64,000 bases of DNA from positions 2,144,001-2,208,000 of the forward strand of contig CAVWGN010000001.1 in the NCBI GenBank assembly GCA_963754655.1. Direction: 5' to 3'. The notes under the pieces are model-generated. The model was not told the DNA's origin and made no database searches. It saw only the letters and a program-made list of their open reading frames with translations. This DNA comes from an uncultured Chlamydiae bacterium (GTDB lineage: Bacteria > Chlamydiota > Chlamydiia > Chlamydiales > Parachlamydiaceae). Below are positions 59,365 through 64,000 of the stretch, in pieces (position 1 is the first letter of the stretch; every line of letters begins with the position of its first letter). A program made the position numbers and the translations under genes.

Positions 59365-60708
59365 TCAGAGAGCGATTGAAGGCGTCAATTCGTAATCAAA
59401 TGTCGTCAAATGACTCTTGATATAGCAATAACCAGGAGAAGCATCTAAACGCAAAGGAAGACCCATAAGTAAATAATGCACCTTCGAAGCGGTGGAACAT
59501 AAAAATCTTGGCCTAAAGGGAAAATTGCTTGAATATGTGGGTGAAGAAAGCAATTGATTCACTATCTTGGTTTCAAGATCATAAGAATAGATTTGAGTAA
59601 CTAGCGAAGATGTTTTAACATTTTCAAAAGCAAAAAATAAGCGATTAAGATGCAAATGGGCTGCAACAAGCAAACCATCAATAGGAGCAACGCAGGTTGC
59701 TAATATTTTCATTTCAAAACCCTTTTCTAAAATTTTAATTTTCACAATCTGGATTTCAGCATTTTTCGTTACCATTGTTATCCCAATAAAATCTTGTCCA
59801 TCGGGTAAAATACAATTAAAACTATAGGATACAGATTCTTTTATCCAATTCACCGGTGTTCCATTCTCCACTATCTGCTGCTTAGTTAGTGAAGCAAGAG
59901 AAGTTGCAAACAACTGATTCTTACTATTCAAAACTAAATACGTCTCTCCAAATACACAATTTAGAGAAGATATTAAGACGTCTTGAGGGATTGAAACTTC
60001 TAATAAATCTGTGGCTGAAGATTTCAGATCAGCAATAGAGATTTTCTCTCTTTTATCTGCCATCCATTCTCTAATATAAAGACTATCTTCTCTAATTGTG
60101 AGCCCAAGAATCTCTTCTTTTACCTCATAGTGCTTTTGAAATTCCCCGTCGTTAGAAAAACAAAATACAGCAGAATCACCCCTTCTATTGCTGACAATAA
60201 AATCATGGGAGCGTGCGACATAGGCAGAGTTTTTATAAATTTTTTTAGGGGCTACCACAATATTTTCGGGAATCTTTATACTAGAAGATGAAGAATGATC
60301 TTTTAATAAAAAACGAGAGATTGAATTTTTTTCTTCGATAAATGAAAAGACTTCAATTCCTGCCTGGCTACCATAGGCATCACCAAATACCGCTCCAGTA
60401 AATTCTTCATTTTTCTCTACAGGCATATTCTTTATCCATTGTGTCAATTGGCGAAATTGGCGAGCCAATAATCCTTCAGATTGAGTGATAAGGTTGCAGG
60501 GGTCAAGAAGAAGCTTCTGAAATCCAATGGAGGAAATAAGGGATTGGCAAAAAGAAAGGGAATTAATTAATGTGTGATAATTTTTTGCTGTTGATCCAAA
60601 AGCTAAACATCCCTTCAAACTGTCACAGACAGTTTGATTGGTAAAACGTCCCTCATTCTCCTCTGGTAAAAAAAACTTGGGAATAATTGCAGAATCGATA
60701 GTATTCAT
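59365..60708 (-). CDS. hypothetical protein, beta-strand-rich C-terminal region
   Basis: 447-aa ORF with AAGGAG RBS. Confidence 0.75.
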   Translation of the reverse strand: MNTIDSAIIPKFFLPEENEGRFTNQTVCDSLKGCLAFGSTAKNYHTLINSLSFCQSLISSIGFQKLLLDPCNLITQSEGLLARQFRQLTQWIKNMPVEKNEEFTGAVFGDAYGSQAGIEVFSFIEEKNSISRFLLKDHSSSSSIKIPENIVVAPKKIYKNSAYVARSHDFIVSNRRGDSAVFCFSNDGEFQKHYEVKEEILGLTIREDSLYIREWMADKREKISIADLKSSATDLLEVSIPQDVLISSLNCVFGETYLVLNSKNQLFATSLASLTKQQIVENGTPVNWIKESVSYSFNCILPDGQDFIGITMVTKNAEIQIVKIKILEKGFEMKILATCVAPIDGLLVAAHLHLNRLFFAFENVKTSSLVTQIYSYDLETKIVNQLLSSPTYSSNFPFRPRFLCSTASKVHYLLMGLPLRLDASPGYCYIKSHLTTFDYELTPSIAL

Positions 60709-60854
60709 GGCATCTCCTTTAATGTTTGGAGCAATGAGGATAACACCAAAAATGAGAAAAAGAAAAACATTTTATTTCATTACTTTGGATACACATTCCT
60801 AGTAAATCCATTACATTAGTTCTAGCCTATTGGGATGGGTTCAAACTCCCGATG

Positions 60855-60902
60855 CGTTAAGCTAAGAGATGACGTTAAGCTAAGAGATGACGTTAAGCTA
60901 AG
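60855..60902. repeat. 18-bp tandem repeat, about 2.7 units
   Basis: CGTTAAGCTAAGAGATGA twice, then CGTTAAGCTAAG. Confidence 0.85.
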
Positions 60903-61050
60903 CGACGCCTTCAGTCGCCCGCCGCTTCGTTCTGAGACTGATGTATAGGGGCAGTTGAGATGACTACCTAAACTTCTTACATTTAACGAAATTTAAAAAG
61001 TAAAATTCACTATGCATAGGCTACTGCATATACATAGTGAACGCTTGAAA

Positions 61051-61698
61051 TTATTGAAATTGTCTTTCTAAAGTATAAGACAAAACGTGTGATATTGTAG
61101 AACCAACCGAAATGGGGTGGCCCTTCAATATAAGAGGTGAGCCATCTTTTTTTGATCGTATTGCGACAAAATTAACTGTCTCATTTATCCCAAATGAAGG
61201 ATTAACTATTGAAACAGTGCCTACACCGTGGATAGGATCGGTAAGGCTGAGAGTAATTGTAGTTCCAGCGAGAATTCTGAAAAAAGTCACATCGCCAGGT
61301 GTACCAGCATAACTAGCACCTGCCAGAAAATGCGCCGTTCCATTGCCAAATTCATCAAAGGAAATTTGTCCATCTATTGTTAAAGATGTTCCGGTTGTTC
61401 CCGCACCGCTTACACCACCTACAGAATCGGCCCCTATCACCCAGGCTCCAGCAAAATCTGCTAACTTAAGTGATTTGATTTTGCTATGACGATTGTCGCG
61501 TTCGCGATAGCCAGAAAAACCGGAAAGACCGTGTTTTTCAACTTTTTGCTCAATAGTAGATTCATCTACTAAATTAGAAGTGACATTTAAAGTTTGTTCA
61601 CTTGCTATACAAGGCATCGTGAATAATGCAAATGACCAAGCGATCATTTCAAATGTTTTTACTCTTAACATTTTTATCCTCCTTTGTGGATTAACCAA
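61051..61698 (-). CDS. secreted hypothetical protein (probable start at the second Met, 61671)
   Basis: AAGGAGG RBS before MLRVK; hydrophobic N-terminus; Gly/Thr-rich beta-type C-terminal domain. Confidence 0.7.
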   Translation of the reverse strand: MVNPQRRIKMLRVKTFEMIAWSFALFTMPCIASEQTLNVTSNLVDESTIEQKVEKHGLSGFSGYRERDNRHSKIKSLKLADFAGAWVIGADSVGGVSGAGTTGTSLTIDGQISFDEFGNGTAHFLAGASYAGTPGDVTFFRILAGTTITLSLTDPIHGVGTVSIVNPSFGINETVNFVAIRSKKDGSPLILKGHPISVGSTISHVLSYTLERQFQ

Positions 61699-61982
61699 TA
61701 ATCAAATATTTTATTGCTAAGAAAAGTTATATCTCATTTCTCTTCTTTAGATGTCAATCAAACAAGTCGTGAGTTAAGATTTTCAACCATTATCAACAGA
61801 AACTAGAAAGTTGGGTCTTTCTATAGTCAATAACAAATCAAATAAAGTTTTACAACTGGATTAATAGTTTGATCCTTAAAGTACACGAAATAATAGTAGT
61901 ATATCTATTCGTAAGTAAATGACAGCCGAATAAAATTCATTAAAAGTCAGCGATCCTGCTTATCTTTTACCTGTAAACAGGA

Positions 61983-62402
61983 TTAGGGCAAAAAGCGGTT
62001 CTTTTGATCGGGGGGAGGCACCATGCATTGCGTTTGTGGAAAAAAATAGTGCCGATTGGTTGCGACTAGGCGATACATCCAATCAAACATCCAGCTGGGA
62101 AAAATAGAGAGCCATCCCACCAAGAGCCAAGGCCAGCCCAAGCGCCAAGCAATCCGTAGAGCCGCTTTGGCCAAAATTGAAATGCGCGGATAGGGAGAGT
62201 GGTAATTTTCAATTAAAATGAGGCTATCTGTAAATCTTATTTCAGCAGGTAGATTTTTTAAATAATGAGCTGCTGTTTTTCCTTGCAAAGGAGCAAAAAC
62301 AAAACATTGCTCCTTATCTTGCTTCAGCAAAAATTGGACGGTTCGATCACAGAGACCGCAATTTCCATCATAAAAAACTAAATGACTAAGAGGATTGCTC
62401 AT
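61983..62402 (-). CDS. DCC1-like thiol-disulfide oxidoreductase (DUF393)
   Basis: VFYDGNCGLC, FAPLQG, YRLVATNR; AAGGA RBS before ATG 62402. Confidence 0.9.
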   Translation of the reverse strand: MSNPLSHLVFYDGNCGLCDRTVQFLLKQDKEQCFVFAPLQGKTAAHYLKNLPAEIRFTDSLILIENYHSPYPRISILAKAALRIAWRLGWPWLLVGWLSIFPSWMFDWMYRLVATNRHYFFPQTQCMVPPPDQKNRFLP

Positions 62403-62425
62403 CGTTTTTTCCTTAAATTTTTTTA

Positions 62426-64000
62426 TCATTCTATCCGAACTTTAGGTGGATGACGCTTCAAGTCATCAAACTGCTTAGCTAATTCTAAAGCTTGATGATC
62501 CGAACACTGTCCACTTTGAATGCGGATTTTAATTTCTTCTCGCTTTTCCATCCAATTGCGATCTAAAATCTTCTGAATGGTTTCTATCAACTGCTGCTCA
62601 GCTCGCTCTTTATTGATTTTCTTATGCACTAAATCCGACAAAACTAATTGCCCTTCGGCCTCATTCAAATCAATAGCCAACGAAAGTAAATCGCACGGTC
62701 GTTGGTTTTCGTAATTTTCTCGATAAACATCAAAGATTTTTTGACAAATTGAGACGTGGAAATCTTCTTTTTTTAAATTAGCACGCACTAAATCAATGAG
62801 ACGTGTTTGCTCTTGGCCCAAGAGCAACAACCAGCGCAAGAGATCTGTCTCTAAAATGCGATCCGGATCAATCGTCTGAGTTCCTACACTTGCCGACTTT
62901 CTAATATAGACATTTGGCATTTGCTCTCGTCCCACCCCCACATAGTCTTCAGGAACTTTCATCATGTGAGCCAGCTTGCGCAATGTTTCATGCACCATGA
63001 CTGGATGATCCCATTCTCGAATCAACTTCGTAGCATTCTGAATCAATTCATTTTTAGCAGCAGGAGAATCTAAATTTAAATCACGCGAGAGATGCTGAAT
63101 CAAAAAGCTCAAATAATCAAGGCTATTTCCCATTAATTTTAAGAAGGCTTGCGGTCCCTGCTCGCGCAAAAAAGAGTCAGGATCTTGCCCAGATGGCATA
63201 GAGATGACTTGAATCTCAATTCCTTCTTTCTGAAAAAGATGGCCAATTTTGGCAGTGGCCTCTTGTCCTGCTTTATCGGAGTCTAAGGCCAAAAATACTT
63301 GGTTAACTCCTAAAAGGACCAGTTCTTTGACATGACCTTCACCAAATGCCGTTCCTTGTCCTGCCACAGTGATATTAAAACCTGTGTCAATCAGACGCAG
63401 AGCATCAATTTGTCCTTCTACAATAATGGCTTTGCGCTCTTTGGCGATGCGTTTGCGAGAATAATTAAATCCAAAAAGGACGCGCGATTTTTTGAATAAA
63501 GCTGTTTCTGGCGTATTGACATATTTGCCTCCAAACGTTTCTTCTTTATATTTGCGTCCTGAAAATCCAATAACCTCTCCAGTATGATGATGAATGGGAA
63601 ACATCACACGGTCGCAAAAAAAATCTCGCCATTGCCCTTCCTTGGTTGAAGTCAAAAGTCCTGCCTCAACAAGAATGTCATCACGAATATTTTTAGATTG
63701 CATCACTTTGCGTAGCATTCCCGGTATTTTGGGAGCAAATCCCACTTGAAAGCGGCGAATAAATTCTAAATCAATACCGCGCTCATATAAATAATGTAAA
63801 GCCTCATGTCCTTCTGCAGAATGCAAAAGAGAAAAATGGAAGAATTGGCAAGCGTAATCTAAAACCTCTTTCAATAATGCTTTATTAGGTCCTTTTTTCT
63901 CTTCACGTTCATTTACCATTTCTAAATGAACATGGAAGCGCTGAGCCAAACTCTCCACAGCTTCCCCAAAACTCATTTTTTGATGTGCCATCAAAAACTG
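62426..64000 (-). CDS. dnaG: DNA primase; 5' end lies outside the window
   Basis: DRVMFPI, GFSGR, KYVNTPET, IVEGQID, LALDSDKAG, DPDSF. Confidence 0.97.
   Translation of the reverse strand, partial: QFLMAHQKMSFGEAVESLAQRFHVHLEMVNEREEKKGPNKALLKEVLDYACQFFHFSLLHSAEGHEALHYLYERGIDLEFIRRFQVGFAPKIPGMLRKVMQSKNIRDDILVEAGLLTSTKEGQWRDFFCDRVMFPIHHHTGEVIGFSGRKYKEETFGGKYVNTPETALFKKSRVLFGFNYSRKRIAKERKAIIVEGQIDALRLIDTGFNITVAGQGTAFGEGHVKELVLLGVNQVFLALDSDKAGQEATAKIGHLFQKEGIEIQVISMPSGQDPDSFLREQGPQAFLKLMGNSLDYLSFLIQHLSRDLNLDSPAAKNELIQNATKLIREWDHPVMVHETLRKLAHMMKVPEDYVGVGREQMPNVYIRKSASVGTQTIDPDRILETDLLRWLLLLGQEQTRLIDLVRANLKKEDFHVSICQKIFDVYRENYENQRPCDLLSLAIDLNEAEGQLVLSDLVHKKINKERAEQQLIETIQKILDRNWMEKREEIKIRIQSGQCSDHQALELAKQFDDLKRHPPKVRIE

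Noticed and set aside
60855..60902. Mini-CRISPR
   Set aside because: Units are contiguous and identical, with no spacers

Overview
AT-rich bacterial chromosome segment, most consistent with an environmental chlamydia (Chlamydiota, Parachlamydiales-like). Support: fused glyQ-glyS gene, iscS/PP2C/CAAX protease/ffs/mazG neighbourhood, and chlamydial-style hypothetical proteins. Housekeeping blocks lie at 1-9 kb and 41-64 kb (iscS, mazG, SRP RNA, waaC-like, pheS, rplT, rpmI, infC, tRNA-Val, uvrC, rlmN, glyQS, partial dnaG). Between them is a ~31 kb minus-strand tandem array (9865-40683) of 15 near-full-length paralogs plus 2 fragments. Each has an S/T/P/N-rich N-terminus, an F-box-like motif, a ~180 aa unknown domain and about 6-18 DUF4116-type 25-aa repeats that vary mainly at three fixed positions. 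Many spacers carry a decayed copy of the 3' end of the neighbouring waaC-like gene, which marks the amplification unit. The array shows head/tail mosaicism between distant copies and has been hit by three kinds of palindromic MITE/REP-like elements. Other notable items: a full-length ThrRS paralog lacking its catalytic residues upstream of infC, an unusually long structured rpmI-rplT spacer, and a secreted serpin with a non-canonical hinge. All family assignments come from motif recognition by eye; no database search was run.
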